A stretch of DNA of 63,374 nt from Peribolospora baueri (Eukaryota). The notes beneath the pieces are model-generated. The model was given only the letters and a program-made list of their open reading frames with translations. It was not told the origin of the DNA and did not search any database. Made by a program: the position numbers and the translations under genes. The DNA is taken from the NCBI GenBank assembly GCA_029717555.1, contig JAMDHS010000110.1, positions 1 through 63,374 on the forward strand, written 5' to 3'. Positions 21,301 to 34,695 of this stretch are shown in pieces. Each line of letters begins with the position of its first letter. Within the stretch, counting starts at the first letter, position 1.

Positions 21301-23302
21301 CTGAGCAGCGGCCAAATGCGCTGACTAGCAAAAGCACTCTTTGTCACAGGCGGGCAATCGACATCGTTGTGGTGAGGCATCGACCACCGTGCGGCGGCTT
21401 GCAATAGAAGACCGCTCACTTGTTTTCATGCTCGCATGCAATGGACCAGGCCGGACTTGTGGACTCTTACCACCCCGACCTGGAGCTGAGCGGTGCGGAC
21501 CATCAGCATCGGCTTTCTACTTTGGTGGCACGCGATGGAGAGGTCATCTGCTTCGGCCCGGACTGCGATGAGGAAGCGGAACTGGCTAAGTCACAGGGTG
21601 CGCAGTTCGTCCAAGTCGACCATGGCGTAGTCTTACCGGTGAGCAATTTAAGAAACCGATGTGGATTTGGAACCCCTAGCCGGTGCGCAATCTTACACTG
21701 GCGCCGTGCTCACGCGCCCTTTTCGAACTTTCTCCACAGACCTTCGCCCAACTCACGCCGATGCATGGCCTGACCGAAATGCTGATGGAGCCGACGACGA
21801 GCGACGGCTTTGTCGATCCAGCAGAGACGTCCCGATTGACGCACGCCAAGTATGGTCTCGTACTGGACAGCTACCATGTCGACCGGGCAAATTATATTGG
21901 CATTACAGAGATCATCACGTGGGTCCTGGACGATTAATGCCTGACAGAGACGTAAGGCTATTGGATGCTTGGTCCCGAAGCTGACGTGAAGATCGTCGAT
22001 TCGTTTTCCCATTAGACCACCGCGAGCGCCAGGACCGTCTCTGCTACTTCGAGTCGCAGGCGGTGGCTTCATCAAGGGAGTCAGCACGGCCTTTCGAACG
22101 GGAGCTTCTCACTGTAAGAATCTGTCCGCCAACCTTGCTCTGCCGTTTCAGCGTCGAAATGACACCTCTTGAGTCCCCGTGTCGTACTACCTCCTCGACT
22201 ATCCGACGACGCTCCCAGCTGCAGAGCCAGACGTCTATGTCAAAGAAGACGTAGCCCTCCACGTCACGCTCGGCGATCCGGCTAAGAACGCGAGGACGCC
22301 AACGATATCAAGTCAGGTCGCACTGCTTCGACAGCTGCTGCAACAGCCATCGGGAGAAGTATGGTCTGCCGTCGCAAGGGGAAAGATGCCGTTGGCAGTC
22401 CACGCGGAAAACGCACACGTGATGGCTCAGGTGAGCTTCAACGGGCTACGAAGGAACGAGGAGGCACGGCTCCAGCCAATCCTGTTTCCTGTTGACTCTC
22501 TCTCCATCCCATTCCGCTCTTGCACAGGTCATCCGGATGAAGAGGGACATTCCCATGCTGAACATCGTCCTTGTCGGAGCCGCAGAAGCTCATCTCCTCG
22601 CCGACTCGCTCGCCGAGAGCGAGATCGCGGTGGTGCTCGCACCGTGGAGGTGTCATCCGGTCGTATGGGAGCAGAGGCGATGTGAGTTCTTCTGGTGCTC
22701 TTGATGCGGAGTGAGCGGTTTCACATCCGGTTCCTGACCCCGGTGCCCGTTCACGCTTCGTGCTCGCGCCATACATGCAGGTTCGGTGAATCCACCTCTA
22801 GAAGAAACGTCGAACGTCGAAATACTGCGCGCTGCTGGCGTACGCCTCGCTCTCGCTGCCGGTGGTGAGCCGGAGCTGTCTGTCATAGTTCTGCAGCCTC
22901 ACCAACGCTCAAGCGCCTGCTTCGCGCCAGCCCAGCCCAGCTAACCACCTTGCTTCCCTTGGTCCCCATCCTCCCATGTTTCCCACCCCGAAAGATGACC
23001 GCAATGTCCGCAACATGCTTTGGGAAGCGTCGTGGGCAAGTAAAACGGCCACAGGCCTTCCGACGAGGCGCGAGCGGAACGAGTTTGCGGTATCGCTCAT
23101 CTCCCACAGCATCAGGGAGATGTTCGGCCTGCCCACTAACACGACATCCTCGAAGAACTTGGACACGCAGCATGGTCATCGGAAGAGAAAAGACAAGGCT
23201 AGCTTCGTCGTCTACCGTGGCGACCCATTCGAGTACGGCTCAACGGCCGCCGTCATCTTTGACAACGGTCGCTTGGATCGGTGCTGGCCTCCTGCTGAGT
23301 GA
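18324..23302 (+). CDS. Membrane-anchored two-domain amidohydrolase-superfamily protein; very intron-rich
   Basis: N-terminal TM, VLRNASVIDG, GGKYLTPGIV|DPHSH, GGVTTSLLL, RYLKIA|CGEN, RIGYIRSGFDA|DLVIWDSHPL.LGATP, degenerate second barrel, ASFVVYRGDPF; stop 23300-23302. Confidence 0.85.
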
Positions 23303-24030
23303 CGTCCAGATCGTACCGCGTTTGCTACTCCTTTTCTATTCGTTTTTCCTTTCTCTGGCAAAAAATAATACTGAGTGCCGGTCACGAGGGCTAGTTAACC
23401 TAGCCTGTATCACTTGAGGGGAAGATGCTGTATTTGAGACTCCCGGAAAGGAGACGAAGTAGAACTCTCCGAAACTTCAGCCAGGGCTGAAGGAGGACGG
23501 AGTGGCCGATGGCGGGTGAGATGCAATCTTTGAAAGTGGATTGTGTTAAGAAGAAAGTCGGGAGATGAACGTGCCCCGACGTGGAGGGAGCCTCCTAAAT
23601 GGCGATCGATAACCAGCTTTTGTCAGAACGCTCCAAGGCATCGTATGTTGGACGTCGGCCGTGCTTGTGCCCGAAAAGGAATGCGACACAAACGCAGTCT
23701 CTCCACGTCCTAAATCGACGACGACACTGTACGAAGTACTGAGAATCGGCGAAGATCAGCTATGACAGCTCTGCTATTTGGGTCGGACAATTGTCCCAGC
23801 CAACACGGCCAATAGAGACGCCTTCATTCGCAGACGTCTGCACGCAGCTTCTAACCGTGTTGAACTATCAATTAATTGCCCAAGGTAATCAAACGTCACG
23901 GTTGCCAGCTGGCTGGGTTGGAAAGAGTTCCGAGGTGACACATAGCTCGCCCGTCGAACAGCATCGCCGCTCACGCCTCGTGAGGAAGACGATCGAACGG
24001 ACTGGACAGAAACGCATGCCCCACCCTCCA

Positions 24031-27000
24031 TTATGCGTCGGAAATCTCGAAAGATATCTTCATCCCCATTGCCGCCAATTCGGCCTGCCGAGTGGAGACG
24101 GAACCGCCAAAGAACAAAGATTCGAGGATAAGAATGAAAAGGCGTCAGCGTCGCCCGTCTACCGCCTAAGAGCCTCCGAACACGAACACGAATACGCACC
24201 ACCAAGAGCTTGAGTACGTAAGGCACCGCAACCAAAGCGATCGAGCTGCCGGTCTCGCCGCCCACAAGCACGTTCTCCTTCCCGATCGGCATGCGCATGC
24301 CCCCGGCTATCACTCCTACCGACGACGGCGATGACGTACGCTTCCGCTCCCGCTCTTCCTCCTCTGCCCGGCACACCCTGCAGTACTCGCCATTAGGACC
24401 GGTGGGCTTGCTCCTCGCTCCCAAGCCGTCAATCACCTCAGCCGCGCCCGCCGCGCCGCTCGAGCCTGCCCCGGCGCCGGCATCGTCGTAGCCGAGGGAA
24501 ATGAGCGATCCACACGTCCGACACACCCACGCCGTGCTGTAGTCCGAGCAGTTCATCAGGCGATCCTGGAGGAGGTACGAGGTACCGTGAGCGAGCAATG
24601 CGTCACGCTCCATCTCTCCAAACCGAATGCCTCCCGCCCTCTTCCTCCCTTTCACCGGCTGCCTCGTCAGGCTGTGCACAGGCCCCGTCGTCCGCACTTG
24701 GTGCTTGTCGTTCACCATGTGCCTCAGACGCTGATAATACACCACGCCCAGGTAGATGTCAGCCGCGAACTCCTGGCCCGTGATGCCGCTGTACATCGGC
24801 TCGTTGCCGTGGTAGTTGTATCCCGCCGCGAGGAGCTGCTTGCCAAAGTGGTCGACCGGCGTGTCGTCTTCCGAATACCTAGGCGCGGCACACAAAAAAG
24901 GAAAACGACGAAGCGGTGAGCACGGTCTATTGTCACTCCCCTTCCTCTTCGCACCCACTCGCCGTCTGCGACGACTCACTTGAAAGGCGTCGCGTCTTGA
25001 GCGACACCATGCAAAGCGCCAGCCTTGCCCGCCAGGCTCTCGACGAACATGCCAATTGTCATGCGTGACGGGAACGCGTGCGGGTTGATGATCACGTCTG
25101 GCTGCATTCCACTCTCGCTGAACGGCATGTCCACCGCGGGCCATTTCTGGCTGCACACACCCTTCTGGCCGTGGCGCGAGCTGAACTTGTCGCCGATGAC
25201 GGGCGAACGAGGGATGCGGAGCATGATGTGCAGCTTGAGGCACTCCGAGTCGCCCGCGTCGCCACCCAGCAGGCGCACCGTGTCCACATACGCCGTCTCG
25301 TCGCCTTTGTGCTTCTGGAATCGCGTCCGGTGCGTTGTCTCGTCGTAGTACGCGCACAGAACCGAGCCCTGTTTAATCTTGGTACCGGGTGCAACGATGC
25401 CGTCCTCATCAAGCTCTTCCCTCGCAGGATGTGTCGGCCGCACGTCCGGGCCGAAGCCAAAATGCAAGTTGCTCGGCCCAGACCGGTTGGCGCTGGCACC
25501 CTTGGCGTCGCGCAGGTCGATCACCTCGCTCTTGTACACCGTACCGTAACCGAACCCTCGTTCGTGCGCCGACTTGTTCAAGATCATCGCGTCTTCCATG
25601 TCGTAGCCTGTGTACGAGATGACGGCCACGACCGCGTTCGTGCCGTTGGGGAAGTCGTCGAAACCGTACTTGTCGTGCAGCACAGGTCGCACCACCGGAG
25701 TCTGGCCCGTCTGGAGCCGGTACAGCTTATTGTCCGTTCGGCGCGCGATCGCCGAGGCGGGCGTGCCCATCGTCTGTTTGCCCATCTGCCGAGGGGAGAA
25801 GAAACGCTTTAGTCTTCGATCGTTCCACCTCCAGAGACACCGAGATTGCCCGTTACTCACTTGACACTGGTACATGTTCCTCGGACTCTGGTTGAAATCG
25901 GAGAACGGGGTCAAGTTGGCGATGACGCTGAGCACGTTCGTCGGGTCTTCCTCGACGTGCGTGCTGACGCCCTTTTCGATCTCTTCCTTGACACACGCAA
26001 TGTCGAGGTATACCTGCTCGAACGGCCCCACATGGTCCGTCTTGCCGTTGTCTAGGAACGTTACCGGCCGCATCATCCGCGCTCGTCCGGAGAAGAGGTA
26101 AAGGCCCGGGTACTGACCGCCCTTGCTGACGGGCACGAATCCGATCTCCATGTCGAGTGGGATCCCCTTCCGACCTGCCGTCTTCCACGTTCGCAGCGTA
26201 GTCGCTATCCGAGACGCCAACCGCGGAGACGCCCAACCAATGATACGGCCGTCGAGTTGGACGGAAAGCGCTGCCTCAGCGGAGCGAGATTTTTCCATGC
26301 CCAGGGCGGTGAGGTGCTGTGGGACATGGGCCGCGGACAGTGGCATCGTGATGATCTTGCACGTGTGTGAGAGGTGGTTGAGGAGACCGCAAGGCGAACC
26401 GTCCGGCGTGTGGACGGGACACAGAAAGCCCCAAGCCTCCGGCAAAAGTTTCCTGACCGTGGTGGTCTTGAGCTCGGCGAAGAAAGCACCACGGTGGATG
26501 CACCGGAAGTGGCTGAGGTACCGGTAAAAGTTGAGCTTCTCAGCGACGATGGTGAATCCGCTCGTCTGCTGCAGGTCGAGTCCAGTGGGTGAGATGAGGT
26601 TGCCGGTGGCAAGGAAATTGGCGAGCCGACCACCGACGTCCGAGTTGACCCTACCGAGGATCTTCTTGATATAACCGTTGTCGCGAAAGTCGACCTGGGC
26701 GCTCTTCCTGCGAATGTCGTAGCCGATCTGCGTCCTCACGTTGGTTATGTACTCGTCGACGCGCTCCTTGATGATTTGGCCATAGAGGAAGCCCGGAAGG
26801 AGCACCTCCTGGTGCTGGGGGGAGTCCGGGTTGTCGGCGCAGCATTCGCCGGCGACGAGGGCGTAGAGCTTCTGGATCATGAAGCTGCAGACGAGGAAGT
26901 AATGTTAATACGAGCGGCCCCTAAACTTTCCAAAGTCGCACCAACGCGACTCACATCAACAGGTTGAACTTGTCCCTCGAATCGTCCAAATGCACTAGAA

Positions 27001-28562
27001 CGATCTTCTTCATCAGGAACCTTCCCACCTCGACATTGCTCCAGTCCTCCGGGCACCCGAGGACGACCTTGAACTTGTCTCCAAGGAACTCTAGGCATTG
27101 TTCACCGGTCCAGAGACCGTACGTCTGGAAGCCACGGAGCAGCAGCTCGACGCGATCGGAGAGGAACGTGTTGTCGAACCCGCCTGGAGCGCCGCTCATG
27201 AGGCTCACAAAAATCTCCTTGTCCGAGGGGTTGACGAGCGCCTTGAGGACCATCATGATGGGGATCATGTACTCCTGCTTCCTCCAACTGAAGCGCAGCG
27301 TCACGCCACCGTTGTCGAGGTAGTGCACGGTGTTGGTGTGGGAACTCATGTCCGGTCGCGTGGAACGGATCTGACATCCGTACTGGGTGTAAGAGGGACC
27401 TCTGTTGGCGAACGAGGGTCGGGTGAGGGCGATTACGTGGTTGGCGCGAGGGACGATAAGGAAGCGGATCAGGCGCTCGTTGCCGTTGATGACAAAGTAG
27501 CCACCCATCTCTGTCGATTCTTCCTTGCGCCGGACGAGCTCCGAGGAGGTGAGCGATTGAAGGTTACAGCGGTTGGACTGGTAGTTATGGGGGTGACCGA
27601 TAAGTAATCTACTCTAGGACGGAACAAACAACAAGTTTACAGAACGTGCACTCACCCGAACCATGATCGGTGCCATGCCCAGTTCTCGAATGTCACCCTC
27701 CTGGTGTCCGTCATTGACACGCCAGCACACGCGAGCAGTCATACGAGCCTTATAAGTAGTCAACCGCTCACGGGCCTGCAAGAGGGTTGACGATGGAGAA
27801 CGAACATTCCGCCTCAAGTATTAGCGAGACGTTAAACAAGTCGATGGAAGGAAGAAAGGAGGCGCACCTCGGATGGGTAAACGGCTCTCTCCCTCGCCAT
27901 CTTCTCCCGTTCCGGCACCATCGGCCGCCCGATCTGCACTTGGTCGACCCACACTGCATAGTACAATCGGAAAAATCCAGCCAGATATGAGCAAATTCCA
28001 ATAGGCAACCGATCTTAGCTCGCTTCCAGCTCGAACGGACGATGTGGCCCAGTCGATACTCACTCTCAAGTTTGCTGCCTCTTCCCTCTCCGCGTCCGTC
28101 AAAGATAACCTTGCTCCCCACCTCTCTCATAGCCTTGGCCAGCAAACCTTCCTCTTCTGCCTGCTCTCCCACCACGAAAGGATTCGGCATGCCCGGAATA
28201 ACCATACGAGAATCACCTGACGTGAGGGCGTTGAAAGATTCGATGTGCGGCGCGACCAGAGATTGGAGGTATGGCTGATCGGCGGCAGTGGAGGAGGGAA
28301 AACTGAATCGGGAATGAAGGGAGAGCGTATGAAAAGTGTCGCGCGGCCGTGCCTGAGACGAAGCGACAGCGGAGACATCGTTCTTTCGTCGGAACGAAAA
28401 GTCGGTGGGAATGACAGAACTGCTAAAGTGTCGGGCGTCCTTTTGCTTGGAAGATGACAGGGGGGGAAGAGCGGTAGATGCTGAGGGTGGAGTCGGCGGC
28501 GGAGAAGTCGAAGCCGAGGAGGACCCCGAGGAGGACCCCGAGGAAGAGGATGCGGCGGTCAT
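24031..28562 (-). CDS. RPA2: DNA-directed RNA polymerase I second-largest subunit
   Basis: [101 protein letters not shown]. These variants are Pol I-type. Confidence 0.96.
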
Positions 28563-28865
28563 GCTGGTCAAGACGAGCACGTCAGAGAACGACCAAGGTG
28601 GCGGGAGCTCTTCTACAATCAAAAAAAAAGATAAGAAAGCAGAAAAGAAGACTCGGTCGAAGCAGAAGAGGACCAGCTCGCTCCGTCTGCAGCACGCTGA
28701 CGACCGACGGATGTCGAGAAGATCGCCTGGACACAAGAAAGCTGCGGCGACCGGCAAAGGGCTAACCCTACTCGACAATGATCACGTGCCAGTGCTTGCG
28801 TCCAGAAGGTTGAGGCCCAGCCAGCACCTTCCAGCACTCAACCCTCACCTCTCGACTGTCAAGAG

Positions 28866-29365
28866 ATGCTCTCCCGCCGCCTCTCCGTCGTCCTGATCCT
28901 CTGCATCGTGGCGCTCGTTCCTCATTGTGCTCAAGCACAATTTGGAAACTTTTTCCAACACGTCTTTCCCGGGGGAGGGGCCAAGACGGAACAGGAGGCG
29001 CCACCGTCCGGGGACCGGGCTTGGTTCGACGCAAGAGTCGAGGCTGGTGAGTTTCATGGCACGGTGCAGGACGAATTCTGTATGTCTTGACGGGACGCAT
29101 AGGATGTTTGACCGGCTTACACGCATCTCTCTACCCTTGTTCCCTCACCTTCTTTCATCCAGCCAACTGTCAGACCTACCTGTGTCCACAAACGCTCTCC
29201 TGCGTCACGCACCCTTCTCACTGTCCGTGTCCCTTCCCAGAGCAGAAGCGGTGCTCTTGGCGCTCTGGGCCCGAGGATTCGAACAGGGGTCACACATGCG
29301 TCTCGGGCTCGGAGGCGTGTAAGAGGGTGGGAGAGATGATGGGCGTTCCCGCGGTGGAGGGGTGA
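28866..29365 (+). CDS. LCL2: Long chronological lifespan protein 2-like small secretory-pathway Cys-rich protein; 1 intron
   Basis: Signal peptide, QFGNFFQHVF, C..YLCPQTLSCV..P..CPCP; intron about 29047-29162. Confidence 0.8.
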
Positions 29366-29698
29366 AAGAAGGCCTTGAGACGATAGCAACGGTCGGATTA
29401 TCAAGGCAATGGATTCTGATAGGGCAATCCAGAACGACGGAGGACGACGAAGAAGACAGATGATATGAATGATGCTACACGGGACACACGGCTTGGGGAC
29501 TCCTTGGACGCTGTTGGCCAAACTGGCAGTTGAACAGATACGCGCTATTGACATGGCCTCTCGCCCTCCAATTCCCTAGCTCGCCTGGACGCTTTTGCGT
29601 ACGATCAAACCAACAAAACTCTCCTCCTTGGCCTCTCGAACAGCATCTGTCGGCGACCGACCCGACGGAGTGTGGGTCGGGTCGCGAGGGGGGGAAGT

Positions 29699-30268
29699 TC
29701 AAGTCAAAGAGACGGCCGGAGAAGATTGGACGACGACGGCGCTCCACCCTCTAGCCTTCACAGCGTCTTTCCACTCCTCCCACTCCTCTTGCTGCCGACG
29801 CAGCTCAGCAGCCAGCTGTTCGTCCCCCTCTTGGCGCTCTCGCCAATCTTGCTCCAACACCTTCCACGACTTGATCTCGCCACTCACCGTTCCCACCGCA
29901 TTCCCAACGAACACGCCGACGCACCCGCTGACGAAATAGCCTAGAAGCCTATGCGTCCGCTCGAGTTCATCCTCGACGCGCTCCATCTTTGTGAGCAGGA
30001 GAAGGTCCCGCTCTGTGGAGGGTAGGCTGGCAAACGTCTTCGCGGGGTCTTCTTCGTCCGGAGGCGGAGGGTGGGCGCTCGTGGAAGAAGGGGAAGCGTC
30101 TGAGGGATCGTTTCGATCTGATAGACGCGAGGAGGAGGTTCCTGCAAAGGCGCGCGATCGCTCGCTCGCTCGAGGCGAGCCGGCGACGAAGGGGCGAGGT
30201 CGTGAATAGAATCGAGTTGGACCCTTGTTGTGACGGAGAACGGGCGTGAGGACGGACAAGAGTCGCAT
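29699..30268 (-). CDS. Hypothetical protein, putative mitochondrial single-pass membrane protein
   Basis: Arg/Ser-rich acid-free N-terminus (MRLLSVLTPVLRHNKGPTRFYSR), hydrophobic LLGYFVSGCVGVFVGNAVG segment, flanking coiled-coil-like E/R/Q runs. Confidence 0.55.
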   Translation of the reverse strand: MRLLSVLTPVLRHNKGPTRFYSRPRPFVAGSPRASERSRAFAGTSSSRLSDRNDPSDASPSSTSAHPPPPDEEDPAKTFASLPSTERDLLLLTKMERVEDELERTHRLLGYFVSGCVGVFVGNAVGTVSGEIKSWKVLEQDWRERQEGDEQLAAELRRQQEEWEEWKDAVKARGWSAVVVQSSPAVSLT

Positions 30269-30311
30269 GGCGAGGTGTGAAGCCAACCTCCTCCTGAAGG
30301 GCGTGAAGAGC

Positions 30312-30337
30312 GTGTGTGTGTGTGTGTGTATGTGTGT
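30312..30337. repeat. (GT)n microsatellite
   Basis: gtgtgtgtg...gtatgtgtgt. Confidence 0.85.
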
Positions 30338-31063
30338 GGTGAGCCGAAGAAAATGTGCACAGGTCGCTCGATTCACGACGGACGATCGGGCCATGCTCGT
30401 CGGTCGGTCAGCGTCTCACTAAGTAAGGCACGGAACGGGCCCAGGCGCCTTACCGAGCATGTCATCCGGTGAGATTTCCCTAAGCCCACCTGGACCCTAC
30501 GTGTACACGACCGCCGATACCTTCGAGAACCATGGCTCGTTTCTGGCAGTCTGCAGTCTATAGCCTATTTTCGTTGCAGGCGCTCTCTCTAGCTGCCAGC
30601 CACACGTGCCGTGCCGCTCGACGGAGAGCCCCGTCGAACGAGGGAGGACGTACACCGACAGCGCCACTGCCACCTCCGCTTGTATCAAGCGAGGCGCTCG
30701 AGCATAGTTGAGCAACTTGAACTGAGCCAAAAGTCAGTGACGAACGCCGATACAGCGAGCCTTCCATTAATGTACGGACGGACGTATATGAGAATAAACA
30801 ACTAGTGCGATAATGTGCCAAGAAGAATACATGTGGCTGCCTGAACACGAAGAGCGTATGAATGTATGGATGGCATATGGAAACGGTCCGTGCATGCGCG
30901 GAGATTGTCCTTGAGAGTGAAAGGGCGCGTGGTTTGGCATTCGCGAGGACGGAGACGATGGGACGGACAGACGGACGAACGGGTGTCAAGACAGACTGAT
31001 CGTGCTGTAGATATTGGTCAGCGCGAGCCGAACGCTTGATGGCATGGTGAGACGGGCGGCCGT

Positions 31064-33706
31064 TCAGTAGCGGTTGCCGCGTCTACTCCATCGCGCCGCC
31101 AACGGTCGTCTGAACGCCCAAAGCAGGCCGCAGATGACGGCTAGGCCGACGACGGAGACGACGACCCCGATGGCGACCTTGGCGCCCGTGGAGAGGCCGC
31201 CGTGCGAGGCTGGGTAGGCTGCGTCAGTGGGTGTGCCGGACGGAACAAGGAGGAGGGTGGGGTCCATGGTGTAGTAGTAAGGCGCGTCATAGGTCAGAGT
31301 CGGCGAAGAAGTTGTGTTCGTAGGCGCGAAGGCTCGGAGACGACTGGCGACGAGAGTGAGCAGCGGGGCGTTGTAATCTATAAAGTTCATCATAGCAAGC
31401 CAGAAGCGACGGGGGAGGACAAAGGGTTAGGTGAGAAAGGCCATTGACCATGCTCGGGTCGCTCTCTGCTCGATTCATACCGCCGCCCGAATGGGAGGCG
31501 AGGCGAAATCACTCACCGAGCGCGACCTCAGTCTCAGGCCAATCGTTCCTGATATCAAAATAACGATCCTGCTCGTCAGGACCGCCGATGAGAGCTCCAT
31601 AGAGCACGTGAGCCTCATCGGGCGGGTCGCGGTTGATATTGGTGATGTCGTTCCCTCCTGACGCCGCTGCGTGGTGAGGGTTGTAGGGAGAGGACGGGTG
31701 AATGCCGACGATGTAAGGACGGTGCATCGGGTTAGAGCCGAGGGCGTAGTCGAGTTGTTTGCGGGCGAAGGTCTGCGGCGGTCGGAGGAGGAAGAAGGTG
31801 AGCGAGAACGGCGGGCGGCGGTCGTCAGTCTTGCGACAGCAAAGGCGGCGCTCTCGACACTCACCCTGTACGAATTAGACTTGTCCACGCTTGTCGCCCA
31901 CGGCGCATACCTCTCCATGACGGCCGCCAAGTTCAAGGCGGGGTTCAAGCTGTTGTCGCCGCTTCCCTGATTCCAGTAAGCAAGGCCTCCGTTGGTGTAA
32001 AACATGCCGTTCACCTTGTTGTTCACGATGGCGTCGAAGTAGGCCTCGGCGTCTGACTGGAAGTTTGTCCGAGAGGCTGAGGAGGAGCTGAACGAGTGAG
32101 GAGGGAATGAGAGCTGAGAAAGCAGGACGGGAAGCGCGGGCGTCTTAAAGTCCCAATCTGTGAGGTTGGGAGAAGGGAAGGAGATCGGGAACACAAGGTT
32201 CAATACGGATAAAGACACAGTCTCAAGCTGGCTCCGACCCCTTGGCGCATCGTCCAAGCGCGACGACTCACCGAGCGTCGGTGCGGATTTGGCCATGTCA
32301 GTACAGATCTTCCACTGCGAGTACCAGCTGGCAGCCTGGTCAAAGTAGGTCGATTCTCCGGTGGCGAGGGCGAGCCAAGTGGCGCCCCAGATGAGGTCGT
32401 CCTGGTAGGAAGAGGAAGAGTACGCGTCCGCCACCGACGGCACCGACGTCTGGGGAGGGAGAGGCGGGGCGGTCCGGGATCAGAACGGTGGCTTGGAATC
32501 GCCGAGTCGAGAGGCGACGACGCGCATATACGCACCTGGTAGGTGACCATACCACCGGTCGCATTGACGGCCAAGGTCCAGGCGTCCACGGCGTGCTGCC
32601 TGAGGAGCCCTGCGTAGGAGGTGTTAGTGAGCTCGGCAAGGGGAGAGCTGACGGCGCCGTGCGAGTCGGTTGCGAGGACGGTGCCGTTGTAGAGCGCCGA
32701 ACAGGCCGACATGGCGCCTGCAAAGGCGGCCGCTGCGTCCGTGCCTGGGTTGGTAGACTGCAAAGGAAGACAAGGAGGGGCGGATGAGGCGGGGGCAGGT
32801 GGGGTCCCCACAGGGGATGGGAGAGGAGAAGGGGACGCACGTTGATCTGGTAGGACGGTCGGGGCATGGGGATGTTCTGATCGCCTGGTAGTCCCCATTC
32901 GGCCGCCGGAAACACAAACACATGAGCATCGGAGCCGGCTCGCGCAACAACGTCCGGACGTCGGGTGTCTCGGGTCGGCTCACCTCCCCAGTAGTTATTG
33001 TCGAGGTTAACGTCGCCGACCTGGACGAACAGCGTCTGAGGCTGCGGGTGTGCCTGGAAGAAGTGGGAGAAGCACAAAGACCAAGGCGGGCGCGCGAGGT
33101 GAGCTGAGCATGCCGGGCGGGCGGTTGGAGTCGGATGGAGGGAAGGCTCACCCTCATCATCCAATCGAGCCCCCACCGGAGCATAGAGTCTAGGTAAGCG
33201 GTCTGATTTGCAGCGGCATAGCCATCGGCGTGTTCGATAGCGCCCCAGCAGATGGTGGCTAGGGTGTAGGAGAGGGGGAAGGCGAAGAGGAGGTAGTCGC
33301 CGGCATCGAAGTAGCCTCGGGTGAGGTCGACATTGCTGTTGCGGGAGCACAAGGTCGGGACGAGGTCAACGAAGAGGACGCTGAGGTCGCTGACGGGACC
33401 TTTCAGGGACATAACTCACTGATCCTGTCCATCCTGGAGCGCCGAGTCGTTTCTCCACGACACCCTATTCTGGGGACCGAGCACGCCGGAGCGCTGAGCG
33501 TCGTAAAACCAGAGCGCGTCGCCGAGGAGGTCGCTCCACGCCCGCGCCGCATCCTGTACGGAGACATCAACGTAGAGGCCGGCGAAGCCTTTCGAGGCCG
33601 CCGGCGGGGTCCACGGGGGGTTTGGAAGGGGGATCTGGGCGAGGGCGGGAGGTGCGAGGAGGGAAAGAAGGGGAGCGAGGAGGGGGAGGAGGGTTCGGCG
33701 CTTCAT
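31064..33706 (-). CDS. Glycoside hydrolase family 9 with signal peptide and C-terminal transmembrane anchor; multi-exon
   Basis: ALWFYDAQRSG, WRNDSALQDG, DLTRGYFDAGD, YQDDLIWGA.WL, NPHHAAASG, LYGALIGGP...YFDIR.DW.ETEVALDYNA, TM VAIGVVVSVVGLAVICGLLW. Confidence 0.92.
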
Positions 33707-34695
33707 GGTGATCGAGGAAGGAGAAGGAGTGGAGGAAGGAGGGGAAAGAGGAAGGAAGAGATGGAGCGGTCGGTTATCGTCGTCGTCGTCGTCATCGTTT
33801 CTATTTCTCCTCCTCCTTTGTCTCTCTCTATCCCGCCTCCTCACCACCCGCCAAGGCGATGCACGACGACGACCGGACGAAGACAACGACGAGGACAAGC
33901 ACGAGCCATCATCATCCATCCGCTAACCCGCACAGCCAGCGACACACCAAACGCCCGCCGACTTGCGCCCTCTCGCTCTCGCTTGCCATGTGCATCTCCA
34001 TATTCATCTCCATCTCCACCTCTCTCGTTTACTTATTTTTGCCCAATCGGTTCCGCCCGCCAGCCCCTTGTTCTCCCAGAATAAGAATAGAAGAACACCC
34101 GCACGTTCCCTTTCTAACACCAGGCGTTCGTTGACTGCGGCGACCGACAATGAACATGCACCATCAGCACTAACACCAACTTCAGCCTCTCTCTCTCTGT
34201 GTCTGACGCAGACGCCGGCCTGCGACTCCCAACCGTCCTCCTGCCCGTTCGGCGTCTCTACGTCTTCTTCATCTGCTACGTTCCTGCGCGAGATAAACAA
34301 CTATAAGAGGGAAGAAAATAAGAAGGAGCCACTACTGCCACCCCCTGTGCACTACACTGCCAACACCAGAGGGAGGGCCTCGGCGAGACGATGCGAAAGA
34401 GAAAAAAAGCGAAGAGGAAGCCGGGCCGTGGTGGCGAGGCCTTTTCCTGTAGTATGTAGATATGCACTGTGTTGACCGTGAGAACGTGAGGAGGGCGTAT
34501 AGGGGAAGAGCGGAAAGCTCACGGACCGACCAAGGGTGGGCAGAGGCGAATCGAGCGAGGGAGCGAGGAGGATCAGGTGTATGGAGGCGGCGATAACAAA
34601 ACGACGACAAATGACAAGGAAGAGGAGATGTGGCGTTCGAGGTAGAAGAGGGCACTGCGGCCGTTGGACGGCGGTGCAGGACGTCGTCCTCAGCC

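Noticed and set aside
31423..31432. agggttag as interstitial telomere
   Set aside because: It is the CTAAC branch site of a minus-strand GH9 intron.
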